This document shows positions 35,199 to 44,128 of a stretch of DNA of 44,128 nt, piece after piece (positions within the stretch are counted from its first letter, which is position 1; every line of letters begins with the position of its first letter). The DNA comes from Candidatus Iainarchaeum sp. (GTDB lineage Archaea; Iainarchaeota; Iainarchaeia; Iainarchaeales; DTGL01), in NCBI GenBank assembly GCA_043809265.1, contig JAZDDY010000021.1, positions 1 through 44,128 of the forward strand. Direction: 5' to 3'. Both the position numbers and the translations under genes were made by a program. The notes beneath the pieces were generated by a model, which was given only the letters and a program-made list of their open reading frames with translations, searched no databases and was not told the DNA's origin.

Positions 35199-37139
35199 TT
35201 ATTTCCCGACAGCTTTTCCGCCGATCAGGCCGAGCCTTCCCGAAAAGGAGAGCGAGAGGATTTTTTTGAGCGAGCGGAGCATTTTGTTCTTGCCTTTGCC
35301 GCGCTCGAAGGCATTTTCCAAAACCTGTTCGAGCGAAGAAACAGGAATGACCTTTATTTTTTTCAGTTCGTTCTGGTTAATCACGATGTCCTGCAGGTTC
35401 GCCCTAGGAATAATCACTTCGGTAAAGCCAGCCTTCATTGCAGCCTCGATTTTGGCTGTGATGCCGCCCACCGGAAGCACTTCCCCGCGCACAGACAATG
35501 AGCCTGTCATTGCAAGGCTCTGCTTTACTGGAATTTTTTCCAGTGCGGAAATGACCGCGGTCGCAACGCTCACTGAAGCCGAATCGCCTTCAACGCCCTC
35601 ATATGTTTGCAGGAATTGTATGTGCAAATCGTGCCTGCTGATATCCTTGCCGCTGATTTTTTTCACCAAAGCCGAAACATTCTGCACTGCCTCGCGCGCG
35701 ATCTCACCCAATTTTCCAGTAGCGATAATTTTGCCTTCGGCCTTTGAAGCGGCAGGCGCGATCTCTGCTTCGATCGGCAGAATCATTCCCGCTGAGCCGT
35801 CGCCGCTCACAGCAAGACCGTTCACCCTGCCAATCGCAGTGCCTTTCGAAATATATACCTCGTAATCTTTCCTGTGCTCTATTATTTTTTCCATTATCTG
35901 CTGTTCCAAGGTCAAAGCGGACATTTTTGCCTCTATCACGTCCTGCCTTGAAACAAGCACCGCGCCTTTCTTTTTGGAAATGTCCCCGGCTGCCCTCACC
36001 AAACCGCCCAAATCCCTCAATTTGAGGGTTAAGCGGTGCTTTCTCTGCGCCCTTTTTCTCGCCTCGAGGATTATTTCTTCGACCGCATCCATTGCAAAGT
36101 GCGGGATTTTGCCGTCCTTCCTGACTTCCTGCGCGACAAACTGCACAAGTTTCGTGCGGTTCGCCTCGTTGTCATCCGTGTCCAAATTCATGTAAATTTC
36201 ATAACCGTAACCCCTTATTCTCGAGCGCAGTGCCGGATGCACCCTTGCAAGGTCCTCGTAATTGCCTGCAGCCACCAAAACAAAATCACAAGGCACAGGC
36301 TCTGTGCGAACCATCGAACCGGAAGAGAGCTCGCTCTGGCCTGTGATCGAATATTTTTTTTCCTGCATTGCCGTGAGCAGTTCCTGCTGTGATTTCGGCG
36401 ACAGCGAGGAAATCTCATCCAAAAATAAAACGCCGTTGTTTGTGCGGTGAATCATTCCGGGCTCGACCCTGAGGTGCGCAGGCGTTCCCAAGCCGCCGCT
36501 CTGGAGCGGGTCGTGCTTTACGTCGCCGAGCAATGCGCCGGCTTTGGCGCCGGTGGCTTCAATGAACGGCGCCATTTTTTTGCCTGCATTGTCTATCAAA
36601 AGCTTCGGAGTTGAAATCGATTCCCTGCTCCTCATCTGCGTCGCAAGCGCCGCTGAAATCAAAATGAATCCGCCCAATATGAGGCTGGCTGCAAAAATGA
36701 CAGCTGCAGCGACAGGGTCAGGGCTTATCCAGCCCATCTGCCATAAAACAAAAGTGATCAGAAAAAAACCCAGGGGCAGTATGAAGCCCATCATCCTTGA
36801 ATTGCCTTCTTCTTTCATTGACTCGATTGCCGCATCGTTCACTACTTTTTTGCCCTCGCTTGCCTTGACAACCCTGACTTTGGGGTTGTTCGGGTCTGCG
36901 GTATTGGGATAAACCAGAATGTCCTGCAGTTCCTGGATCGGCATTATTTCAGCCATTGCCTGGGCAAGCATCGACTTGCCTATGCCCGGCAATCCGACCA
37001 AAAGGACATTTCTCTTTTGGATTGCGGCTTTCCTTATCAGTTCCACGCTTTTGTCTTGGCCTATGACCTGGTCTATTGTTTTTTCAGGCACTGGAACGTC
37101 CGCAGTGGACTTGAAACCTTTCACCACAGAAACAGGCAT
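35199..37139 (-). CDS. lonB: Archaeal membrane-bound ATP-dependent Lon protease (LonB)
   Basis: Walker A GLPGIGKS. Two TM helices inserted in the AAA+ domain. Protease domain with [10 protein letters not shown] (catalytic Ser) and [10 protein letters not shown] (Lys). I chose the ATG at 37139 because the upstream 89 codons of the ORF overlap the methyltransferase gene and its promoter-like repeat. Confidence 0.9.
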   Translation of the reverse strand: MPVSVVKGFKSTADVPVPEKTIDQVIGQDKSVELIRKAAIQKRNVLLVGLPGIGKSMLAQAMAEIMPIQELQDILVYPNTADPNNPKVRVVKASEGKKVVNDAAIESMKEEGNSRMMGFILPLGFFLITFVLWQMGWISPDPVAAAVIFAASLILGGFILISAALATQMRSRESISTPKLLIDNAGKKMAPFIEATGAKAGALLGDVKHDPLQSGGLGTPAHLRVEPGMIHRTNNGVLFLDEISSLSPKSQQELLTAMQEKKYSITGQSELSSGSMVRTEPVPCDFVLVAAGNYEDLARVHPALRSRIRGYGYEIYMNLDTDDNEANRTKLVQFVAQEVRKDGKIPHFAMDAVEEIILEARKRAQRKHRLTLKLRDLGGLVRAAGDISKKKGAVLVSRQDVIEAKMSALTLEQQIMEKIIEHRKDYEVYISKGTAIGRVNGLAVSGDGSAGMILPIEAEIAPAASKAEGKIIATGKLGEIAREAVQNVSALVKKISGKDISRHDLHIQFLQTYEGVEGDSASVSVATAVISALEKIPVKQSLAMTGSLSVRGEVLPVGGITAKIEAAMKAGFTEVIIPRANLQDIVINQNELKKIKVIPVSSLEQVLENAFERGKGKNKMLRSLKKILSLSFSGRLGLIGGKAVGK

Positions 37140-37157
37140 ATAACTAGAAAAGCCAGC

Positions 37158-37190
37158 GAACGGATTTAAAGGTTTTGCTTTGGGTTCGGC
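37158..37190 (-). repeat. Promoter-region repeat, copy A (upstream of lonB)
   Basis: The plus strand gaacggatttaaaggttttgctttgggttcggc matches 37853-37886 at about 30 of 33 positions. It contains the TATA-like tttaaa about 22-33 nt before the lonB ATG. Confidence 0.5.
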
Positions 37191-37194
37191 TTCT

Positions 37195-37836
37195 TCAGTC
37201 AAGAGTATTTTTTGTAATGTACACAGAGCCGTCAGAAAGCGAAACGAAAGCTTTGCCCCTGAGGATTCTGTCCATCTCGGAAATGCGCAGCGGCCCTGAA
37301 CCGGCCCCGGTAAAAACAATTTTTCCGCCTTCGGAAAGTTTTGAAAGCAATTGTTCAATGTGCGGAGGGCAGATATCCAAAGTTGCAAAGAGGTATTCAA
37401 GGCCAATATAGGAATAAATCAGGTCGACAGAGCCGTCCTTCAAATACCTAAGCAAATCCTCTTTAGTGGAATGGATGAATTTGACTCCGTCAATATCCCG
37501 CCATTCAGGGTACGAATCCTTGGAATAACCGTAAACTCTTGCTTTATCGCCGTATTCTTTTGCCAGTTCGCCTGCTGCCCTTCCTTTCCCGCAGCCCCAG
37601 TCAACCACTATTGCAGGCCGGCCTGTCTCCCGGACGCGCTCGTCGATAAAAGTCCCGCGTTCCCCCAACGGACAAAAAACAAGCGGAAATTGTTGTTTTA
37701 TCTTTTTGAAAGGGGTATCTTTTATCGGCCACTTTTTCCTTTTCCTGTAAACTCTCTTGCCGCCCGCCCTGACAACTTCCTTTCGGAGCAATTTTGCCTT
37801 TGCCGCGCTAATCCTTCCCTTCCTGAAAACAGGCAT
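37195..37836 (-). CDS. Class I SAM-dependent methyltransferase with a highly basic N-terminal tail
   Basis: Motif [16 protein letters not shown]. Post-I/II features ([19 protein letters not shown]). The first ~55 aa are K/R-rich ([27 protein letters not shown]). Confidence 0.65.
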   Translation of the reverse strand: MPVFRKGRISAAKAKLLRKEVVRAGGKRVYRKRKKWPIKDTPFKKIKQQFPLVFCPLGERGTFIDERVRETGRPAIVVDWGCGKGRAAGELAKEYGDKARVYGYSKDSYPEWRDIDGVKFIHSTKEDLLRYLKDGSVDLIYSYIGLEYLFATLDICPPHIEQLLSKLSEGGKIVFTGAGSGPLRISEMDRILRGKAFVSLSDGSVYITKNTLD

Positions 37837-37852
37837 AATGAAATTATTGCTT

Positions 37853-37886
37853 GAATGGAATTAAAGGTTTTGCTTTTTGGTTCGGT
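37853..37886 (-). repeat. Promoter-region repeat, copy B (upstream of the methyltransferase gene)
   Basis: The plus strand gaatggaattaaaggttttgctttttggttcggt is in the same position and orientation relative to its ATG as copy A. Confidence 0.5.
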
Positions 37887-37946
37887 TAAAGGGCTGCGGC
37901 CGGCTAATGCTGCATTGTGATAGCCTTTGCGGTTTGAATCCGGCGC

Positions 37947-39662
37947 TCAAGCGAACTGCTTTTCGTATTTTTTGTAAAGGAAAGCCGCCGCCAGAAGAAC
38001 AATTCCCAAAACAAAGAAGGAAATTATGCGGTAAAGCAGTTCAAGTTGGCCCAAGTCAACCAAAACCACTTTCATGATTGCAAGGGCGAAAAAACCGAGC
38101 CCGGTAATCCTGCTTTCCTTCAGCTTTGCCCTGAACCCATACAAAACGTACGCTATTGCGAGCGCCACCCATACAACGGAAATCAATGTCGACCTAAGGG
38201 TTGGCTCGAGCGCGGAAGCATTTATTTCCAGCGAGATGAACTCAAGAATCAAAAGACTGGCCCCTGCAAAGTAGGCCGGGGCAACCAGGTCCTTTGCGCG
38301 GTCATTAAGCTTTTCGGCCAGCTTTTTGGATTCAAGCCACAGCAGGTAGAAAACCGGGGCAGAAACAACAAACAGGAACACCCTGCTGTACGCCCACAGG
38401 TCGCCGAAAGAAAAGTTTTTAAGCCAGAACAATGTTGCGAAAACAAACACAAAAGCCACAACCGAAACAAACCTGGCTGGAACCAGCAACGTGTGTTCCT
38501 CCTTCGATGCAAACACCACAAGGAAGAGGGAGAAAGCGATGGGCATCATTAGAATCGGGATAACATTAAATATTGTCAGGAAACCTGCGGCCACAAAGGG
38601 CACAAAGTAGTGCCAGTCTGATTTTTGGATTGAAAGGCTTTTTCTCGCAAAGGCTGCGAGCAGCAAGGTAATCAACAAGAAGGCAATCCTGAAAAACAAG
38701 TGCGATTCCGGGAAGTGGACTGTGAAAATGTCAGATATCGCCCAATAAAACCAGATAGAGGCAAACAAGTGAAGCGTGGCACCGGCTAAAAAGTTCTTTT
38801 TCTCGGATGCAAACAATATTGCCCCGATTGAAAACAGCGCATAGAAACTCATCATGAAGAAAACAACAGTCCAGGCCAGGGCGGCATTATACCCGAAGTT
38901 TTTCAAAACCCACACGGCGTAAAGAAAAAAAGTCGCCGCAATGCCTTCAAAGTAAACCACCGGCCAGCGCTTTCTGGTGAACAGCGCGATTATTGCCGCG
39001 AGCAGTATCAGGGCATAAATAAGCATGAAAAAATCAAGCTTTTGGGTTATCAGCGGAAGCATGAATCCGAGGAAAAACGATTCACACGCAATCGTGAGCG
39101 AATTCTTCTTGTACGCAAGGAATGCCGCCGCGAACACCACTAATGTTATGAGCGCGGTTGCAACCTCGAAAGGGAAAAGCGAATAAAACTGGTGCCCTGC
39201 AAAAAGCGAATAAAATATTACCGGGAAGCCGCCGGCAAAAAAGACCTTTGAATGGAACAACATGCCGCGCTTTTCGATGAAATAGCCGGCTGCAAGAATC
39301 AATAGGCCGATTGCGACTCCAAGCAGCACCTGGGCAAGCGGAGAAATCCAGTGATTTTGTATTGCGTAGAGCACAAGAAAGCCGGCGGAAACAGCGACCG
39401 CCGCAATCCCGATCCACGCAAACCACTTGAAACCGATTTCGCTTTCGCTGATCTGCGACTTTTGTGCCACCGCGATTTTTGGCCCCTCAACAACCGGCTT
39501 TGGCTTAGGGATTGCCTCTGTTTTTTGCGCCAAAACAGGCGCGAGTTCCAAAACAGGCACGCCGGTTTGCTTGGAGCCGGTGCGCTCCAAGGCATTAAGC
39601 CGCTGGTCAACGGACTTGATTGACTTGTCAATCGATTCAAGTTTCCTAAGAATCAAATCCAT
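37947..39662 (-). CDS. DUF2339-like polytopic membrane protein
   Basis: N-terminal coiled coil (MDLILRKLESIDKSIKSVDQRLNALE) followed by about 16 or more hydrophobic segments. The ORF is open up to 39812 (TTG); alternative starts are 39797 (ATG) and 39662 (ATG, chosen because a TATA-like taaatatat lies about 45 nt upstream). Confidence 0.55.
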   Translation of the reverse strand: MDLILRKLESIDKSIKSVDQRLNALERTGSKQTGVPVLELAPVLAQKTEAIPKPKPVVEGPKIAVAQKSQISESEIGFKWFAWIGIAAVAVSAGFLVLYAIQNHWISPLAQVLLGVAIGLLILAAGYFIEKRGMLFHSKVFFAGGFPVIFYSLFAGHQFYSLFPFEVATALITLVVFAAAFLAYKKNSLTIACESFFLGFMLPLITQKLDFFMLIYALILLAAIIALFTRKRWPVVYFEGIAATFFLYAVWVLKNFGYNAALAWTVVFFMMSFYALFSIGAILFASEKKNFLAGATLHLFASIWFYWAISDIFTVHFPESHLFFRIAFLLITLLLAAFARKSLSIQKSDWHYFVPFVAAGFLTIFNVIPILMMPIAFSLFLVVFASKEEHTLLVPARFVSVVAFVFVFATLFWLKNFSFGDLWAYSRVFLFVVSAPVFYLLWLESKKLAEKLNDRAKDLVAPAYFAGASLLILEFISLEINASALEPTLRSTLISVVWVALAIAYVLYGFRAKLKESRITGLGFFALAIMKVVLVDLGQLELLYRIISFFVLGIVLLAAAFLYKKYEKQFA

Positions 39663-39864
39663 ATTGTCCGGTTTATTTGCAGGCACGAAAAATAAAGATG
39701 CTTCCATATATTTAATACTATCTGCAAAAAGAATCCGGCGGAATTGCACACACTCTGGGCATTTAACCATTCTGGCAAGACACCCAAACGATTGCATTCG
39801 AGCAATGCCCAAACCGTGCGAGTTGCCTCTGCCTTTATTAAGATTTTGCCCTTAATTTAATTCA

Positions 39865-40800
39865 ATGGAATTGACTCTTTCTTTTTTGGGCACAGGCTGC
39901 TCCGCTCCGACGAAAAGCCGCGCCCTGACAGGCATCGTCCTTTCTTTCTTGGGAAAAAACTACCTGTTCGACTGCCCTGAAGGCGCGCAGAAAAGGGCTT
40001 TGAAGGCAGGCGTTTCGCTCATGAAAATCGACGCGATATTCTTTTCACACTTCCACGCAGACCACTTCCTCGGACTGCCGGGAATGCTGGCGACAATGAA
40101 CATGTTCGAAAGGGACACAGACCTAAAAATCTTCGGCCCGCGCGGGGTGAAAGAAATGGTCGCAAAAGCGCTCGACATCGCTTTCGTGAACCCCTGCTAT
40201 AAAATCGAGTGCATTGAACTCAGGAAGGGAACTGTGCTGGAGGAAAAGGATTTTTCCATCGAAACATTCCCATTACAGCACGGCACGCCATGCTTTGGCT
40301 TTGTGTTCACCGAGAAGGACAAATTGGGGGAATTCGACAGGAAGAAAGCAATCGATTTGGGCATTCCGATTGGGCCGTTGTTTGCAAAACTGCAGGAAGG
40401 CGGGGCAGTGAAATTGAAAGGCAAAACAATAAAGCCAGAACAGGTGCTGGATTTGCAGAAAGGAAGAAAGGGAAGAAAGGTCGCGATTGTATTGGATACA
40501 TTGCCAAGCGAAAAATACCTTGCACAGATAAAGGGCGCTGATTTGCTTGTGCACGAAGCAGTGTTTTTGGACAGCGAAAAAGAGAGGGCAAAAGAAACAT
40601 TCCACAGCACGGCATTGCAGGCTGCGGCGCTTGCAAAAAAGGCAGGGGTGAAAAAATTGGTTCTGACCCACTTTTCGAACAGGCGCATGGATTTGAGGGA
40701 AGTGGAAGAAGAAGCAAGGAAAGAATTCAAGGAAAGCATTGCATCGCAGGAATTAATGGAATTGGATGTGCCGAGGAACCCGTTGGGGGTGGTTAAATGA
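39865..40800 (+). CDS. rnz: Ribonuclease Z (tRNA 3' endonuclease)
   Basis: LSFLGTGCSAPT, the metallo-beta-lactamase motif FFSHFHADHFLGLPGML, and HEAVF...THFS at the C-terminus. Probably leaderless, with tttattaag about 25-33 nt upstream. Confidence 0.9.
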   Translation: MELTLSFLGTGCSAPTKSRALTGIVLSFLGKNYLFDCPEGAQKRALKAGVSLMKIDAIFFSHFHADHFLGLPGMLATMNMFERDTDLKIFGPRGVKEMVAKALDIAFVNPCYKIECIELRKGTVLEEKDFSIETFPLQHGTPCFGFVFTEKDKLGEFDRKKAIDLGIPIGPLFAKLQEGGAVKLKGKTIKPEQVLDLQKGRKGRKVAIVLDTLPSEKYLAQIKGADLLVHEAVFLDSEKERAKETFHSTALQAAALAKKAGVKKLVLTHFSNRRMDLREVEEEARKEFKESIASQELMELDVPRNPLGVVK

Positions 40801-41492
40801 AAGGATTGGTTTTGGCCGCAGGGAAAGGGGTAAGGATGATGCCTTTGACCGAAGACAAGCCGAAGGCAATGGTGCTGTTGAACGGAAAGCCATTGCTTGA
40901 GCATGTGCTCAAGGAACTTGGAAAAGCAGGCGTTGAAGAATGCGGCATTATTATCGGGTACAAGGGCGAAAAAATACGCGCTTATTTCGGCGACTCCCAC
41001 AAAGGAATGAAACTGAAATATTTTTTGCAGGAAAAACAATTGGGAACAGCGCACGCGGTTGCGACAGCCGAAGAATGGCTGGATGAAGATTTCATTTTAT
41101 TGAGCGCGGATGTCCTTGTGGAAAGGCCATTGCTTGAAGAATTGTCAGGAAAAAAAAGCTTTGCGGCAGTTCTCACTTTAAGGCACGATGATTTTCCCGA
41201 AAGGTACGGAGTGGTTGAAGTCGAGAAAGATGCCGTGAAGAAAATTATCGAGAAGCCTAACTGCGCTCCCGAAAGCGCTTTAGTGAATGCTGGCATTTAC
41301 CGTTTTTCGCCGAAGATTTTCGAGGCAATCAGGAACACAAAGAAAAGCCAGAGGACCGAATTCGAATTGACAGACTCAATCAGGATTTTAATGGAAAGCG
41401 GGGAAAAGGTAGGCTTTGTCGAACTGGACGGGCCGTGCCTTGACATCGGAAGCATCGAGGATTTGGAGAGAGCTGAGAAAGCGAAGCGGTGA
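40797..41492 (+). CDS. Sugar-1-phosphate nucleotidylyltransferase (NTP_transferase family)
   Basis: MKGLVLAAGKGVRMMPLTEDKPKAMV (G-x-G-x-R motif), LGTAHAV and VNAGIY. ATGA overlap with rnz. Confidence 0.85.
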   Translation: MKGLVLAAGKGVRMMPLTEDKPKAMVLLNGKPLLEHVLKELGKAGVEECGIIIGYKGEKIRAYFGDSHKGMKLKYFLQEKQLGTAHAVATAEEWLDEDFILLSADVLVERPLLEELSGKKSFAAVLTLRHDDFPERYGVVEVEKDAVKKIIEKPNCAPESALVNAGIYRFSPKIFEAIRNTKKSQRTEFELTDSIRILMESGEKVGFVELDGPCLDIGSIEDLERAEKAKR

Positions 41493-41602
41493 AACGAGCA
41501 GGCAACCGAAGGCTGTGGGCTGGAACCCTGAAAGACATCGAATGAACCAAAGAAAGGCTGCTTTGGAAAAACATTAAACTTGTTATAGTGCAAATTATCC
41601 TT

Positions 41603-42415
41603 ATGGAGCCGGCAAAAAAGCTTGAACGGTTCGATGTATTGGTTCACCCTTTTTATGATGCCAGACGCCAGGAAAAGGCCGAGGGTGACGTAAAGTACAT
41701 GGCCGGCGCGTGGGGAAAAAGGGTTAAAGAAATCAGCGAAGACCCGGGAAGGATTCTCATAGTCTATGACACTTTTGCGATCCTGTCTCCCTCAAGATTT
41801 TCTCCCCGCATGAAATATCACATCCAAAGGTTCAACTCCTACCTTGAAAGGATTTTGGGCGACCGCGTAATTTTCTGCGATAAAACTACCGACACAGTGG
41901 AGCTCTCAGAAAAACTCGAAAAGAGGGGCCTGAGCCTGGACGACCTGAAAAAGGCAGAAGGAAGGATATTCGGCGAAGCTCCCACAATCTGTGTGACTAT
42001 TGCCAGGAGAACTCTGCAAGAAGCACTCGGCAAAGACCTGGTCTTTGAGCCAAGGCTTTCGGTTGAAGGAGTCAGCGACCGGGGAGAAATAGGGTTCGGC
42101 AGCTACAATATCTTCCGAAAGGAAAACAAGTGGTATGGCAGTTTCAGGCATCAAAGGAGGGCAACCGCAAGGAAAGAGAAAAGGCTTTCTGGAGCAGGAA
42201 AGCAGAGCAAGCCCCCTAGAACAAGCGCGCGGCAACAGGACAGACCTTTGAGGAGAACCCCCGAGAGCCTGAAAAAAATTCTGACGCACCGGAAAAATCA
42301 GAATTTCATTTTTTCCTTCGGTTTAAGAAATCAGGCCCCCCTGAAACCAATTTTCAGCGTTTTTCCGGGCTTCGTTTTGGCGCCAATCAGATTTTCAGCG
42401 TTCTGCCGGGCTTGA
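41603..42415 (+). CDS. Hypothetical protein: ~165-aa globular part plus a basic low-complexity C-terminal tail
   Basis: ATG at 41603 (MEPAKKLERF...). I recognise no family with confidence. The tail overlaps the convergent hydrolase gene by 29 nt. Confidence 0.35.
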   Translation: MEPAKKLERFDVLVHPFYDARRQEKAEGDVKYMAGAWGKRVKEISEDPGRILIVYDTFAILSPSRFSPRMKYHIQRFNSYLERILGDRVIFCDKTTDTVELSEKLEKRGLSLDDLKKAEGRIFGEAPTICVTIARRTLQEALGKDLVFEPRLSVEGVSDRGEIGFGSYNIFRKENKWYGSFRHQRRATARKEKRLSGAGKQSKPPRTSARQQDRPLRRTPESLKKILTHRKNQNFIFSFGLRNQAPLKPIFSVFPGFVLAPIRFSAFCRA

Positions 42416-43073
42416 GCACTACGGCTTCGGTGTTCAGGATGCTTTTTTCGATTTTTTCCTTGAATTCACCAGGGCGGCATTTGATTACATCAAAAGTGTT
42501 GTAATGCATCGGAATCGCGTATTTTGGCTCCATTGTTTTGACTGCGCGCACGGCATCCACCAAATCCATAGTGATTACGCCGCCGATTGGAACGCAGAGC
42601 ACGTCGGCCTTTAATTTTGCGAATATTCCCGTGAGGTCTGTGTCGCCTGTGTGCACAAGGGAATCGCCGTTGCTTTCAAGCCTGAAGCCCATCGGGTAAA
42701 AGGAATTCGGGTGGTGCGCAGGCAAAGGCTCGATTTCCACGCCCCCGAAATTTATCTTTTTTTTCAGGTCGATGGATTTTTTCTGCCGGTGGTTTATGTT
42801 AAGGTCGGCAAGCAGGTCGTCATGCGCTATGACAGCGCAGCCGCTTTTGCCTGCAATCTCTTCAATGGCCTTTTTATCAAAGTGGTCGAAGTGCTCGTGC
42901 GACACAAGGATTGCATCCGCATTCATAAGCTGTTTTGCCTTCAACGGGCACGCCATGACCTTTTTCATTCCGCCTTCAGGCGCCTTCGAATCCAAGTACG
43001 GGTCTATCAGAAGCACTTTGCCACCCATCTTGACCCTGAAGAAGGAATGGTAAATGTACTGCACTTCAAACAT
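42387..43073 (-). CDS. Metal-dependent hydrolase, metallo-beta-lactamase fold (UPF0173-like)
   Basis: ILVSHEHFDHFD (HxHxDH), VHTGDTD and IPMHYNTF. I preferred the ATG at 43073 (MFEVQYIYHS..) over the TTG at 43097. Confidence 0.8.
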   Translation of the reverse strand: MFEVQYIYHSFFRVKMGGKVLLIDPYLDSKAPEGGMKKVMACPLKAKQLMNADAILVSHEHFDHFDKKAIEEIAGKSGCAVIAHDDLLADLNINHRQKKSIDLKKKINFGGVEIEPLPAHHPNSFYPMGFRLESNGDSLVHTGDTDLTGIFAKLKADVLCVPIGGVITMDLVDAVRAVKTMEPKYAIPMHYNTFDVIKCRPGEFKEKIEKSILNTEAVVLKPGRTLKI

Positions 43074-43222
43074 AGGCGCTCCATAAAAGAAAGGCAAAAT
43101 AGACTTTAAAAACCCATTCGGAAAAATTCAATGCGAAACCGCCCAAGGCGCACAGGAAATAACAATATTAACTTTTATTATGATATTTACATTTAAAGGT
43201 GTCATTAGTGGGCGGCTGCAAA

Positions 43223-44074
43223 ATGAAAAAAACCATTATCGCTTTTTTTCTCCTGATGCTAATCGGCCTTGCATTTGCAGAGGCAACGAATTACAAAATC
43301 ACAAGCCACGAGATAAACGTGGATGTCGACAGGGACGGCTATGCAACCATCAGGGAAAGACATTACCTGGTGTTTGACGACAAGCAGAGCGCCGAAGAAT
43401 TCCAGCAGTTAAAAAACAACAACCTGAAATTCGATTTGGACCAGTGGGCCAGTTTTGACCCTGCCTTCAAGATAAATTTCGGCCTGCGGACAGACCTAAA
43501 GGAACTCCTGATAGACTTTGCCGACGAACCGAGCGGGGAACTATTGTACTATGCGGAATTCAAGTATTCCTTTAATGTGCCGGCATTCAACAAGAAATCC
43601 GGCGAGGAAGCCGGAAGAAAGATGCGGTTCGAAATAAACAGGACATTCATCAGGCCGCTAACGCACGGCACCGATTTTGTGATTCCCGAATGGACGACCC
43701 TTAGATTTGTGTTGCCGCCGCAGAGCGAACCCGAGAGCCCGCTCGCTACAAGCCCCTTGAACCCCAAAGTGAACATCGGGTACGACTCCCAGGCCAAAAG
43801 GAAAATAGTCGAGGTGCGGGGCTATTTCGCCTCAAACGATTTCGCTTTCGGCTTTTCATACTATGAGGCGATTGCGCCCAGCTTCAGCATCGCAATGCTT
43901 GTAAAGGATTTTGCGGAAAAAACCCAAAGGGAAACGCAGATAACTCTCGGCTTCGCGCTGGTGCTCATCGGCCTAGCATTATTTGCGCTGAGGAAAAAAA
44001 TCGAGGCGCGCGTTTCCGGCTTCATAATAAAAAACTCGAATATCGCGCAGGGCGAAACCGAAGAGCACAAATAA
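43223..44074 (+). CDS. Hypothetical exported protein with a C-terminal membrane anchor
   Basis: Signal peptide MKKTIIAFFLLMLIGLAFA. C-terminal TM segment ITLGFALVLIGLALFAL followed by RKK. The N-terminal YKITSHEINVDVDRDGYATIRERHYLVF is reminiscent of DUF2207-type domains (weak). Confidence 0.5.
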   Translation: MKKTIIAFFLLMLIGLAFAEATNYKITSHEINVDVDRDGYATIRERHYLVFDDKQSAEEFQQLKNNNLKFDLDQWASFDPAFKINFGLRTDLKELLIDFADEPSGELLYYAEFKYSFNVPAFNKKSGEEAGRKMRFEINRTFIRPLTHGTDFVIPEWTTLRFVLPPQSEPESPLATSPLNPKVNIGYDSQAKRKIVEVRGYFASNDFAFGFSYYEAIAPSFSIAMLVKDFAEKTQRETQITLGFALVLIGLALFALRKKIEARVSGFIIKNSNIAQGETEEHK

Positions 44075-44088
44075 GGCTCAATTCCCTA

Positions 44089-44101
44089 TTTTTTTCTTTT
44101 T
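44089..44101 (+). terminator. Oligo-T tract (T7 c T5) after the last gene
   Basis: tttttttcttttt lies 15 nt after the TAA at 44072-44074. Archaeal termination commonly uses oligo-T tracts. Confidence 0.4.
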
Positions 44102-44128
44102 GATTCCGCCCTTCAAAGGAACCCCGCA

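Noticed and set aside
37140-37406. The N-terminal 89 codons of the long lonB ORF (start at 37406).
   Set aside because: This segment overlaps the methyltransferase coding region and the promoter-like repeat and shows no Lon homology. The conserved LonB N-terminus begins at the ATG at 37139.
37877-37946. A tRNA-like T-loop string ggtttgaatccgg in the spacer downstream of the DUF2339-like gene.
   Set aside because: The flanks give only a 3-bp T-stem. I could build no acceptor, D or anticodon arms on either strand. It is probably chance plus small palindromes (ggcta...tagcc, aatgc-t-gcatt).
40197-41054. A 285-aa ORF on the minus strand. Similar long antisense ORFs occur at 4691-5563, 7633-8232, 22047-22745, 25046-25873, 30327-31055 and 35044-35865.
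   Set aside because: Each lies entirely antisense to a gene with clear family motifs. Their translations are S/F/L/C/R-rich low-complexity mirrors of K/E-rich coding sequence, with no recognisable domains and no start context of their own. I treat them as shadow ORFs.

Overview
This is a gene-dense chromosomal segment of an archaeon, with about 43 protein genes, short spacers and several ATGA-type start/stop overlaps. The archaeal assignment rests on aRF1, aIF2-alpha, ribosomal protein S27e, primase PriS/PriL, GINS, two PCNA genes, RpoL (Rpo11), exosome Csl4, membrane-bound LonB, EndoQ, Dph2 and an S-layer protein with Methanococcus-type N- and C-terminal domains. K/E-rich proteins, tight packing and mostly leaderless or GGTG-led starts fit a small-genome, possibly DPANN-like lineage, but I cannot place it from sequence alone. 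I recognised no rRNA, tRNA, CRISPR array, transposase or integrase. Most of the content is housekeeping: translation, replication, central metabolism and the cell envelope. I did not find a convincing self-contained novel multi-gene system. The best candidate is a second, divergent PCNA translationally coupled to a small OB-fold protein and followed by an orphan HExxH protein (27169-29348). Other points worth checking: two genes split by single-base frame changes (truD, and a bacterial-type II pantothenate kinase at a homopolymer); an identical GGTG-T7-G start context on three genes; a ~33-nt promoter-region repeat shared by lonB and a neighbouring methyltransferase; a ~130-140-aa charged insertion in PEP synthase; an aRF1 with NIKD instead of NIKS; and an S-layer/envelope locus with a structured leader and a strong hairpin plus oligo-T terminator. 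All functional calls come from motif recognition by eye, with no database search.
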